Shown piece by piece: positions 1-8,240 of a stretch of DNA of 46,936 bases. The DNA comes from Candidatus Coatesbacteria bacterium. Its GTDB lineage: Bacteria; JAFGND01. The stretch is from positions 1 through 46,936 of the forward strand of contig JAFGND010000094.1 in the NCBI GenBank assembly GCA_016927185.1. Direction: 5' to 3'. Under the pieces are notes generated by a model. The model did no database searches. It was not told where the DNA came from and saw only the letters and a program-made list of their open reading frames with translations. The position numbers were made by a program, and so were the translations under genes. How positions within the stretch are numbered: the stretch's first letter is position 1; each line of letters begins with the position of its first letter.

Positions 1-83
1 ATATAACCAATATATCTTCTATGCTCAATAAATTCTTTTTGTTCTTGACATAAATAGTGGAAAATCAGTCGTTCATCATTGTT

Positions 84-1619
84 ATGTTGGCAAAATGTCA
101 AAGTGCTTCTCTTTTTGGTCTTGATGCTTATATTGTTGATGTTGAAGTAGATATAAGCCCTGGATTGCCTCAGTTTTCTATTGTTGGTCTGCCAGATGGA
201 GCGGTCAAGGAAGCAAAGGAGAGAGTGAGAGCAGCAATCATCAATTCAGGTTTCATCTTCCCGATAAAAAAAATTACTGTAAATATGGCACCAGCTGATT
301 TAAGAAAGCAGGGAACTTCTTATGATTTGTCCATAGCTCTTGGTATTCTTGCAGCAAGCAGACAAATCCCCTCTGAAAAGCTTAGTGATTCAGTAATTCT
401 TGGAGAATTGTCTCTTGATGGAACAGTCAAGGAAATACATGGTGCTCTCGCAATTGCTTCATCAATCAATGGCGAGAATATAAAGTCATTGATAATCCCC
501 TCATCAAACGCTAAAGAAGCAGCACTTTCAGGAAATTTTTCAGTTTATCCTGTTGACACTCTAGTGCAGACAATAGACTTTGTTTCAGAATCAGAGGAAA
601 TACTTCCAATATCTATTGATGCTGATAAACTATTGGAAGAGTCTTCCTTTTACCTTGATTTCGCAGAAGTCAGAGGACAAGCCCATGTTAAAAGAGGCTT
701 AGAAGTAGCTGCTGCTGGAGGTCATAATGTTCTTTTAATAGGTCCACCAGGATCTGGAAAGACGATGATGGCAAAAAGACTTCCAGGAATAGTCCCAAGT
801 CTTACTTTGGAGGAAGCATTATCAATAACAAAGATATACAGTGTTGCAGGGAGACTTCCAGAAAATACTCCACTGATTACTGTCAGACCTTTCAGAAGCC
901 CACATCATACTATTTCTGATGCAGGCTTGATTGGAGGAGGACAATTTCCAAAACCTGGAGAAATAAGTCTAGCACATCATGGAGTTCTCTTCCTGGATGA
1001 ACTCACTGAATTCCCAGTAAAAATTCTTGAAATGCTGAGACAGCCGCTCGAAGATGGGCAGGTAACGATTTCTCGCGCCAATGCTTCATTAACTTATCCC
1101 GCAAGCATAATGCTAGTTGCTGCCATGAATCCATGTCCTTGTGGATATATGGGTGATCCGAAACATCCTTGTACATGCAGCAATGTAGCCATAGAAAAAT
1201 ACTTGACAAAACTATCCGGTCCTCTTCTAGACAGAATTGATATTCAACTAGAGGCACCAGCTGTAAGTTATCAAGATCTTGTATCAAGAGCAAAGGAAGA
1301 ATCGTCTGAGTTAATCAGGGAAAGAGTCCAGAAAGCAAGACAAGTACAGAAAGAAAGACTGCAGAAGTACAAGAATGTTCATTACAATTCTGCAATGTCA
1401 CCTTCCCAGGTAAAGAAATATTGCGAACTTGATGAAAACGGGCACAAATTGATGGAACAGGCAATGAGTAGATTAGGATTATCTGCCAGAGCTCATAACA
1501 GGATACTCAAGGTTGCAAGAACAATCGCAGATTTGGCATACGAGGAAAAGATACAAGTTTGTCATCTTGCTGAAGCAATTGGATATAGAAGTCTTGACAG
1601 AAGATTAAACAGACTCTAA
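84..1619 (+). CDS. comM: YifB/ComM family Mg-chelatase-like AAA+ ATPase
   Basis: N-terminal Lon-like domain (IVGLPD..VKEAKERVRAA), Walker A GPPGSGKT, PFRSPHH, GEISLAHHGVLFLDE, NPCPCG, LSAR..RILKVARTIADL. Start moved from GTG 57 to ATG 84 (MLAK...) by family N-terminus. Confidence 0.93.
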   Translation: MLAKCQSASLFGLDAYIVDVEVDISPGLPQFSIVGLPDGAVKEAKERVRAAIINSGFIFPIKKITVNMAPADLRKQGTSYDLSIALGILAASRQIPSEKLSDSVILGELSLDGTVKEIHGALAIASSINGENIKSLIIPSSNAKEAALSGNFSVYPVDTLVQTIDFVSESEEILPISIDADKLLEESSFYLDFAEVRGQAHVKRGLEVAAAGGHNVLLIGPPGSGKTMMAKRLPGIVPSLTLEEALSITKIYSVAGRLPENTPLITVRPFRSPHHTISDAGLIGGGQFPKPGEISLAHHGVLFLDELTEFPVKILEMLRQPLEDGQVTISRANASLTYPASIMLVAAMNPCPCGYMGDPKHPCTCSNVAIEKYLTKLSGPLLDRIDIQLEAPAVSYQDLVSRAKEESSELIRERVQKARQVQKERLQKYKNVHYNSAMSPSQVKKYCELDENGHKLMEQAMSRLGLSARAHNRILKVARTIADLAYEEKIQVCHLAEAIGYRSLDRRLNRL

Positions 1620-1653
1620 TAATTAATTATAATATTTATCTTCTCATATTCCC

Positions 1654-1682
1654 TTGACTAAAATGTACTTTCTTGATATTAT
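1654..1682 (+). promoter_or_regulatory. sigma70-type promoter for the nifS-nifU operon
   Basis: TTGACT (1654-1659), 17 bp spacer, TATTAT (1677-1682) preceded by an extended -10 TG; RBS AAGGAG at 1701-1706. Confidence 0.6.
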
Positions 1683-1712
1683 GTAAAAAGAGTTATGCTT
1701 AAGGAGCGGAAT

Positions 1713-2882
1713 ATGGATTTTATATATCTAGATAATAATGCAACAACACCCCTAAATCCTGTTGTTCTTGAATCCATGCTGCCTTTTCTCAAGGAGGATT
1801 ATGGTAATGCTTCAAGTGTTCATGAACTTGGAAGACGTGCAAGAACAGCACTTGAGAAATCCAGGGGGCAAATAGCTGATCTTTTCAATGCAAAACCTGA
1901 AGAAATAATTTTCACAAGTTGTGGTACTGAAAGTGACAACTATGCTATTCTTGGAACAGCATATCTTCCTGAAAACCGCCACAAGCAAATAATTACTAGC
2001 AAGATAGAGCATCATGCTGTTCTTCATACTGTTGAATTCCTTGAAAAACAAGGTTATCCAGCCGTTTATCTTGATGTTGATGAAAACGGCATAATAAAAC
2101 TTGATCAGTTGGAAAAAGCTCTTGAAAAAGAAACAAGTCTTGTATCAATAATGTATGCAAATAATGAGGTTGGCTCTTTACAGCCTATAGAGCAGATCGC
2201 AAAAATGTGTAATGAAAAGGGAGTCAAATTTCATACTGATGCTGTACAGGCTTTTGCAAAACATCCTGTTGACATGTCTAAAATCCCGATAGATATGCTT
2301 TCTCTTTCAGCTCATAAGATATACGGTCCAAAAGGTGTTGGAGCAATGTATATAAGAAAAGGCGTTAAACTATTCAGACTTATGCATGGGGGACATCATG
2401 AAAAAAACAAGCGCCCTGGCACCGAAAATGTTGCTGGAATAGTTGGTCTGGCAACTGCTGCCAGAAGGCTGCAGAATAATCATGAAGAGGAGAATAAAAG
2501 ATTATCTTTACTTAGAGATAAACTGCAAACAGCCTTACTGAATAATATACCAGATTGTTACGTAAACGGAATGAATGCAGCCAGGCTAGCAAATACCCTT
2601 AATATAAGATTCGATTATGTTGAAGGAGAATCTATTTTACTTCATCTTGATATGGAAGGTATTTGTGCTTCATCAGGAAGTGCATGTACATCAGATACTT
2701 TGGAACCTTCTCATGTATTGCTTGCAATGTGTGTTCCCAAGGAAAGAGCACATGGTTCTATCAGATTCAGTCTTGGAGAGACAAACACTGAAGAACAAAT
2801 AGATAAAGTAATAGATTTGATGCCCACCTTGATAAAAAAACTAAGATCAATGAGTCCTCTTGGACATAAGTCAAATAAATAA
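1713..2882 (+). CDS. nifS: Cysteine desulfurase (NifS/IscS type, PLP-dependent)
   Basis: IYLDNNATT, FTSCGTESDN, HTDAVQ, SAHKIYGPKG (PLP Lys), SSGSACTS (catalytic Cys). ATG 1713 follows AAGGAG. Confidence 0.95.
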   Translation: MDFIYLDNNATTPLNPVVLESMLPFLKEDYGNASSVHELGRRARTALEKSRGQIADLFNAKPEEIIFTSCGTESDNYAILGTAYLPENRHKQIITSKIEHHAVLHTVEFLEKQGYPAVYLDVDENGIIKLDQLEKALEKETSLVSIMYANNEVGSLQPIEQIAKMCNEKGVKFHTDAVQAFAKHPVDMSKIPIDMLSLSAHKIYGPKGVGAMYIRKGVKLFRLMHGGHHEKNKRPGTENVAGIVGLATAARRLQNNHEEENKRLSLLRDKLQTALLNNIPDCYVNGMNAARLANTLNIRFDYVEGESILLHLDMEGICASSGSACTSDTLEPSHVLLAMCVPKERAHGSIRFSLGETNTEEQIDKVIDLMPTLIKKLRSMSPLGHKSNK

Positions 2883-2899
2883 GGATTAGGAGAGAAGAG

Positions 2900-3319
2900 A
2901 TGTATAGCGAAAAAGTAATGGATCATGTAAGGAATCCAAGAAATGTTGGTGAAATAAAAGATCCTGATGGATATGGCATGGTAGGGAATCCATGTTGTGG
3001 AGATGTAATGGAGATGTTTTTAAAAATCGAGAATAATATAATAGTAGATATAAAATTCAGAACATTTGGTTGTGGTGCTGCAATTGCAACAAGCTCAATG
3101 GTTACTGAAATGATAAAGGGCAAGACACTGGAAGAGGCACTTAATGTAACAAATAAACAGGTAACTAAAGCACTTGATGGATTACCAGAGCAAAAAATGC
3201 ATTGCAGTGTTCTTGCAGAGCAAGGAATCAGGGCTGCACTATATGATTATTATTCTAAACACAATCTCCCTGTTCCTGAAGGCTTGAAACAATCCAAAAC
3301 AGTAAAATGTGCTGACTAA
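2900..3319 (+). CDS. nifU: Fe-S cluster scaffold, IscU/NifU N-terminal type
   Basis: YSEKVMDH..NPRNVG, GNPCCGD, FRTFGCGAAIATSS, KMHCSVLA; AGGAG RBS; directly after nifS. Confidence 0.95.
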   Translation: MYSEKVMDHVRNPRNVGEIKDPDGYGMVGNPCCGDVMEMFLKIENNIIVDIKFRTFGCGAAIATSSMVTEMIKGKTLEEALNVTNKQVTKALDGLPEQKMHCSVLAEQGIRAALYDYYSKHNLPVPEGLKQSKTVKCAD

Positions 3320-3752
3320 AACTATGAAAGAATCGGACTTTATAGAAGATGGCATTGACAGTGAGATCCCTTCTGTAAAAGAATTGTTACAATATTTGAA
3401 TTCATCTGAAGATTTCATGAGATGGAGAGCAGCAAAAGCTCTTGGTATAATGAATATAAAAGAAGCAATTCCTAATCTGATAAAAAAACTTGAGACGGAT
3501 AAAAGCTGGGGAGTCAGGATGAACGCTGCTGAAGCTTTAGGTATGCTTGAAGCGAAAGAGGCTATTCCAGTTTTAATAGAAGCACTTCTGAAGGATGAGG
3601 ATGAACAAGTTAGAGAGATTTCAGCGAATGCATTAGGAAATTTCAATGAAAAAAGTATTAAGAAAGCTCTTAAGGAAGCATTAAATGATGAGTGTGAAGA
3701 TGTTAAGCTGGCTGCAAAGAAAATATTAGAAAGTTATGATGGATCAGATTAA
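3309..3752 (+). CDS. HEAT-repeat (PBS lyase-like) protein
   Basis: Repeats RWRAAKALG, VRMNAAEALG, VREISANALG, VKLAAKKIL with AIP.LI..L linkers. Start may be 3324. Confidence 0.85.
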   Translation: MLTKTMKESDFIEDGIDSEIPSVKELLQYLNSSEDFMRWRAAKALGIMNIKEAIPNLIKKLETDKSWGVRMNAAEALGMLEAKEAIPVLIEALLKDEDEQVREISANALGNFNEKSIKKALKEALNDECEDVKLAAKKILESYDGSD

Positions 3753-4908
3753 ACCAGTTTTCTTTCTTATTCCTATAGCTTTTTTCCTGGTAGTTATGAC
3801 TTTACTATCAATAATCAATTATTTATCATTTGCAAAATTGTTTAATGTTAAGAAAAAGCCCTATATTCTATTCATCTCCATACCTACTCTACTATTCACT
3901 TCTTTCTGGATAACAGGAATATATACAGGCTCAAGACCGTTAATATCATTAGGCGCTAATTCAGTTGCGCTTATTCTAATATTTACAATTTCACTATTAT
4001 TGATGTTACCTATTTCGCGCTTCATTAATCATTTTGATAATGAAAAAGGAAAGAGCAAGGTGGATTTGAAAAGAAGAAATTTGATAAAAACACTGATTTA
4101 TATTCCACCAATAGTTGGTGCAGGTCTTGGATTGAAAGGCTTCAAGAATTCCCATAACAGAATCAGAATTCATAAATTACCCCTTAAGTTCAAGGATCTT
4201 CCAGAGGATTTGGATGGATTCAGAATTCTCCATTTAACAGATCTGCATATCGGGATGTTTACCTATATGGGAGAACTAAACAACCTTGTAAGCAGGGCAA
4301 CCTCAACTGAACCTGATTTAGTATTGATAACTGGGGACATGTGTGACTATCCACCTATGCTTGAAAAGGTAATAGAAGTAATTAAAACATTGAATCCCAA
4401 ATACGATTTTTATGGAAGTCTGGGTAATCATGATTATATAAGAGGTGCTGATGTAATAATCAAGAATTTCAATAAAAACAATATAAAGATGCTTGTCAAT
4501 GATAATCAAATTATCGAGGTAAAAAATACCAGGATGCTTCTTACTGGTATTGACGATCCTCAGAGATTAAGAGGAGATACAGTCACCTTTTTAAGAAGAT
4601 GCCTTTCAGAGGCAATAGCAAAAGCTCCTGAAGCTTCTTTCAAGATACTCTTAAGTCATAGACCGAATGGAATAGTACCTGCTTCTGAATATCATTATGA
4701 TCTGGTTCTATCAGGTCACACTCATGGTCATCAGATAGGAATTTTCAATAAAAGCATATTTGAAGTAATGGGAGTAAAAGGTTACTATTATGGTTTCTAT
4801 GAAAGAGATAATACCCAGTTATATGTTTCTGGTGGAATGGGTCACTGGTTTCCATTCAGACTAGGTATTCCCCAGGAAGCAACTCTTGTGGTTCTTAATA
4901 AGGCTTAA
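3736..4908 (+). CDS. Membrane-anchored metallophosphoesterase (YkuE/YaeI-like)
   Basis: Three N-terminal TM segments, internal KRRNLIK, then motifs DLH, GD..D, GNHD, LLSHRP, SGHTHG. Confidence 0.9.
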   Translation: MMDQIKPVFFLIPIAFFLVVMTLLSIINYLSFAKLFNVKKKPYILFISIPTLLFTSFWITGIYTGSRPLISLGANSVALILIFTISLLLMLPISRFINHFDNEKGKSKVDLKRRNLIKTLIYIPPIVGAGLGLKGFKNSHNRIRIHKLPLKFKDLPEDLDGFRILHLTDLHIGMFTYMGELNNLVSRATSTEPDLVLITGDMCDYPPMLEKVIEVIKTLNPKYDFYGSLGNHDYIRGADVIIKNFNKNNIKMLVNDNQIIEVKNTRMLLTGIDDPQRLRGDTVTFLRRCLSEAIAKAPEASFKILLSHRPNGIVPASEYHYDLVLSGHTHGHQIGIFNKSIFEVMGVKGYYYGFYERDNTQLYVSGGMGHWFPFRLGIPQEATLVVLNKA

Positions 4909-5945
4909 GGTGCATCCAATTCTTCAGTTTCAAAAAGAGTAGCTGGATTCTTAAATCTGACATGCATATGATCTTTATGATTCGGCCAATGTCTCACTCT
5001 TTTATTCCATTCAGACATGTAAAAAGGATGCCCTTTTGATATCTGATTGATGGAAAATCTGATTATATCCTGTAATCCTTTATCTATGAAGATTTTATCT
5101 ATCATTCTTGAATCAAATAATCCCATTATCAGAAGTGCAGTCCTTGAAGAGTCTATACTTCCAGTATCTGCCACCTTGAATGTTTTCAATTCAGCGTTAT
5201 CCAGAAAGTAATATCCAATATCAACATCTAATCCATTTCTGTGAGAAGCATGTCTTGCAATTGTGCCTCCATGCTCAAATGAAAGATCACCTACAACTGC
5301 TAATGAAGTATCAGGGAAATAATATGCTACTTTTGCAATTGCATCTATTACCCATTGAACAACCTTGTGATTAGCATAATAAGCTCTTCGTTCCAGATTT
5401 TTCCTATAATATACTCCAGGCATAGGTGGTAATGCAGCTGCATTAGATAAACTTCCATTTGTTGGTGTCCCATTTGAGTAGGAAAAAAATCTGAAACCTG
5501 GAACCATGTATAATCTTTGTCCTAAATATATTTTGTTGTTTCTTAGATTATTCATCGCTGAAATCAATTCAACATGTGTTCCAAATCGCTTTGATATTTT
5601 TTCAATATTATCGTTTAGTTGAACATAGTAAACATAACCATACCAGGGAAACCATAATTCATTAGATGGCGTTAAATTCTCAGTTTTTGAAAGTTTTTCT
5701 TCAGATATTTTTATTTCTCTTATTTTTATTTTTAATTCAGTTCCAATTGGTGGAAGTTTCCTTTCTTTCAGATTATTTATTGACAATAATTCCTCAATAG
5801 ACATTTGAAACTCATTTGCTATTGCTTCAAGCGTATCACCATCTCTTATTACATATGTCTGAGTGCTATCAGATTGACTGCAATAGACACTTGCAAAAAG
5901 AGATATTATAAGAAAAAATATCTGATGCTTTCTGAAAAATACCAT
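4905..5945 (-). CDS. LysM-domain murein endopeptidase (MepA/LAS-type Zn peptidase)
   Basis: Signal peptide; two LysM domains (YVIRDGDTLEAIA; YYVQLNDNIEKIS); GDLS..HGG..HASHRNGLDVD and HKDHMHVR Zn motifs. Confidence 0.85.
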   Translation of the reverse strand: MVFFRKHQIFFLIISLFASVYCSQSDSTQTYVIRDGDTLEAIANEFQMSIEELLSINNLKERKLPPIGTELKIKIREIKISEEKLSKTENLTPSNELWFPWYGYVYYVQLNDNIEKISKRFGTHVELISAMNNLRNNKIYLGQRLYMVPGFRFFSYSNGTPTNGSLSNAAALPPMPGVYYRKNLERRAYYANHKVVQWVIDAIAKVAYYFPDTSLAVVGDLSFEHGGTIARHASHRNGLDVDIGYYFLDNAELKTFKVADTGSIDSSRTALLIMGLFDSRMIDKIFIDKGLQDIIRFSINQISKGHPFYMSEWNKRVRHWPNHKDHMHVRFKNPATLFETEELDAP

Positions 5946-5954
5946 TCTTAAATA

Positions 5955-5982
5955 ATTATAACCAATTGAGAGTAATTGTCAA
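5955..5982 (-). promoter_or_regulatory. Consensus sigma70 promoter for the LysM-MepA gene
   Basis: Minus strand TTGACA (5982-5977), 16 bp spacer, TATAAT (5960-5955). ATG lies only 9 nt past the -10 and there is no SD. Confidence 0.7.
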
Positions 5983-5989
5983 ATGACTG

Positions 5990-6958
5990 CTATTGTTTGA
6001 GTTTAGAACCTTTATTTCCACTTAATGTATAACCAATTGAAATTGAATGAGTTTGGCCTAGTCCCCCATAAAATGACAATCCATAATCAAGGTTTATTTT
6101 CCTGTAAAACAACCCTAGACCGGTAGAAAATCCTCCCAGAAAATCACTATCCTGGCCTGTATCATAATCAGTTCCTTTTGAATTATAGCCTAATCTTAAT
6201 GCCAATAAATCTCCATAAGGTAATACTTCTACTCCTGCTGAAAAGAATTTTGTTTTGCTTTCCACTTCATAAGTATAATTACCTGCAACAGAGAATCTAT
6301 TCAAGAGAAATTGACTGGCTCCCAATCCAATATTTACAGGCAGTCTTGTTTCTGTTGATTCTTCATCTGTTTCATCGGTATATTTTGATATCTGCCATCC
6401 AAAATTCTTAAGAACCAATCCAAATTGAATTCCATCCTTTTCTTTGGAATAATTCAATCCCAAATCAAAAACCATACCACTGCTTTTGCTTTCCTCTATT
6501 CTTGATAAAACAGGTTTAACTGAAAAACCTGCCTGAAGTCTTGGAGCTATCTCTCTCGAAATACTTGCATTGAAAACCATGTCCAATGCAGAAAATTCTC
6601 CCAGACCTTCACCTGTAGGATTATCTATTGTTGTTTTCTTCATACTGCCATAAGCAATAAACTGAATTCCTCCACCTATTCCTGTTTTATCATCCAGTTT
6701 GTAAACTCCTCCAAGATTTCCGATATTAGTATCAACAAGATAACTCCTGAAACCAGCATATAGAGAATGATCGTCTGCTATTGCATATCTTGCAGGATTC
6801 AATCCCCTTCCATTCCAGTCCATAGTATAATTATATCCACCTAATCCATTGTCTCTGGCATCAGTTGTAATATTGAGAAAATCAAAAACTGCTTCACTAT
6901 ACAGAATTGCTGAAGAAAACGAAATAAATATCAAACTAATCCAAAATAAACGGTTCAT
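5990..6958 (-). CDS. PorQ/PorV-family outer-membrane beta-barrel (T9SS-associated)
   Basis: Signal peptide; FDFLNITTDARDNGLGG, NPA, GEFSALD, D.GL.Y, GLVLKNFG.Q, LRLGYN, GFSTGLG, LDYG....GGLGQTHSISIGY. Start at ATG 6958 or GTG 6970. Confidence 0.8.
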   Translation of the reverse strand: MNRLFWISLIFISFSSAILYSEAVFDFLNITTDARDNGLGGYNYTMDWNGRGLNPARYAIADDHSLYAGFRSYLVDTNIGNLGGVYKLDDKTGIGGGIQFIAYGSMKKTTIDNPTGEGLGEFSALDMVFNASISREIAPRLQAGFSVKPVLSRIEESKSSGMVFDLGLNYSKEKDGIQFGLVLKNFGWQISKYTDETDEESTETRLPVNIGLGASQFLLNRFSVAGNYTYEVESKTKFFSAGVEVLPYGDLLALRLGYNSKGTDYDTGQDSDFLGGFSTGLGLFYRKINLDYGLSFYGGLGQTHSISIGYTLSGNKGSKLKQ

Positions 6959-8240
6959 ATTCACCTTCACCTACAATTATCTGGAAACCTTTATTAGGCA
7001 GTATTTCTTTAACCAGCTTGTTTATAGCTGCTACGCCTATAGAGTTTATTTCAACAAGTATTTTGTCAAGCGATATTTGTTTGTTATAGAGCATCTGATT
7101 TCTAAGCATGAAACCCAGTCTAGAATGAAGAGACTCCATACTCAAAATAATATTCCTCCTGAACTGCCTTTTGATTCTTTTCAAGTTATCTTCATCAAAA
7201 CCTTTTCTCCTGAATTCAGTAAGTAATCTCTTCAACTCAATCAATGCCTTTTTTGTCGTGTCTTTACTTGTACTGAAATGCACTATCCAATATCCCATAT
7301 CAGACTTCAAACTGTCGAATGTTTGAATTGAATAAACCAAACCCATTTTCTCTCTAAGTTCCTTGAAAAGAAGAGAATTCATTCCTCCTCCAAGATAACT
7401 GGATATTATTGCCAGCGACAGTCTTCTATGATCATTTGCCGGAAATGCCTTGAAAGCAATTGCTACCTGATTTTGTGTCAATTCCGGTCTCAGGATAGTA
7501 AAAGAACCTTTTGTACTCCACCTGGGAATATTTCTTTGAATAACTTCCCCTTCTGGAATTTTTGTCCATTTATTCTTAACTAAATCCATTAGGTCTCTGG
7601 ATTCAAAATTTCCACAAACTCCAAGTATCATTCTATTAGCTCTGTAAGTTTTCTTGTAATAATCAAGCAAAGATTTCTTGTTAATACAGCTTATGGATTT
7701 CTCTGTTCCAAGTATATCTCTGCCTAATGGATGTCTAGGCCACAGTTTGTTGTAAAGCCTGTCCATAAGGAGCTCGTCTGGTTGATCAGAAGATTCCTTG
7801 ATTTCCTCAAGTATTACTTTTTTCTCTTGTTCAATATCATCCAGGGTGAACTTTGGCGAAGTAACAAGTTCATGAACAAGGTCTAGTCCCTGATCCAGAT
7901 ATTCCGACAAAGTGTGAACATGAAATGCAGTATCTTCCCTTCCTGTACTGGCATTTACATGTCCTCCTAAATCTTCAATCCATTCAGAGAGTTCATCAAC
8001 ATCATGTTTCTGAGTTCCCCTGAAGAGAATATGCTCAATAAAGTGGCTTATTCCCTCTGGAAATCCATGTTCATCCCTTACTCCAACTCTTACAATCAAA
8101 CCTATGGCTACACTTCTGAAGAATGGAATCCTCTGATGTACCAAACATAGTCCATTTTTCAAATAATGAATGTCTGGTTCTGCAATTAACGAATCAATGG
8201 CTTCTGTTTTGGATGACTCACTTATTTGCTTCAATTTCAC
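6936..8240 (-). CDS. M16 family (pitrilysin-like) zinc peptidase
   Basis: GISHFIEHILFRGT (HxxEH), NASTGRE, EKKVILEE, LFKELREKMGLVYS; common position downstream of pnp. Confidence 0.92.
   Translation of the reverse strand: MKLKQISESSKTEAIDSLIAEPDIHYLKNGLCLVHQRIPFFRSVAIGLIVRVGVRDEHGFPEGISHFIEHILFRGTQKHDVDELSEWIEDLGGHVNASTGREDTAFHVHTLSEYLDQGLDLVHELVTSPKFTLDDIEQEKKVILEEIKESSDQPDELLMDRLYNKLWPRHPLGRDILGTEKSISCINKKSLLDYYKKTYRANRMILGVCGNFESRDLMDLVKNKWTKIPEGEVIQRNIPRWSTKGSFTILRPELTQNQVAIAFKAFPANDHRRLSLAIISSYLGGGMNSLLFKELREKMGLVYSIQTFDSLKSDMGYWIVHFSTSKDTTKKALIELKRLLTEFRRKGFDEDNLKRIKRQFRRNIILSMESLHSRLGFMLRNQMLYNKQISLDKILVEINSIGVAAINKLVKEILPNKGFQIIVGEGEYEPFILD

Noticed and set aside
1645-1685. IscR/Rrf2 operator upstream of nifS
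   Set aside because: CTTGACTAAAAT resembles a half-site, but there is no matching inverted half and no adjacent Rrf2 gene; it is explained as a -35 box.
1713-2882. NifS as a dedicated selenium donor for the candidate selenoprotein
   Set aside because: It is 28 kb away and paired with nifU; nothing in the sequence links it to Sec synthesis.
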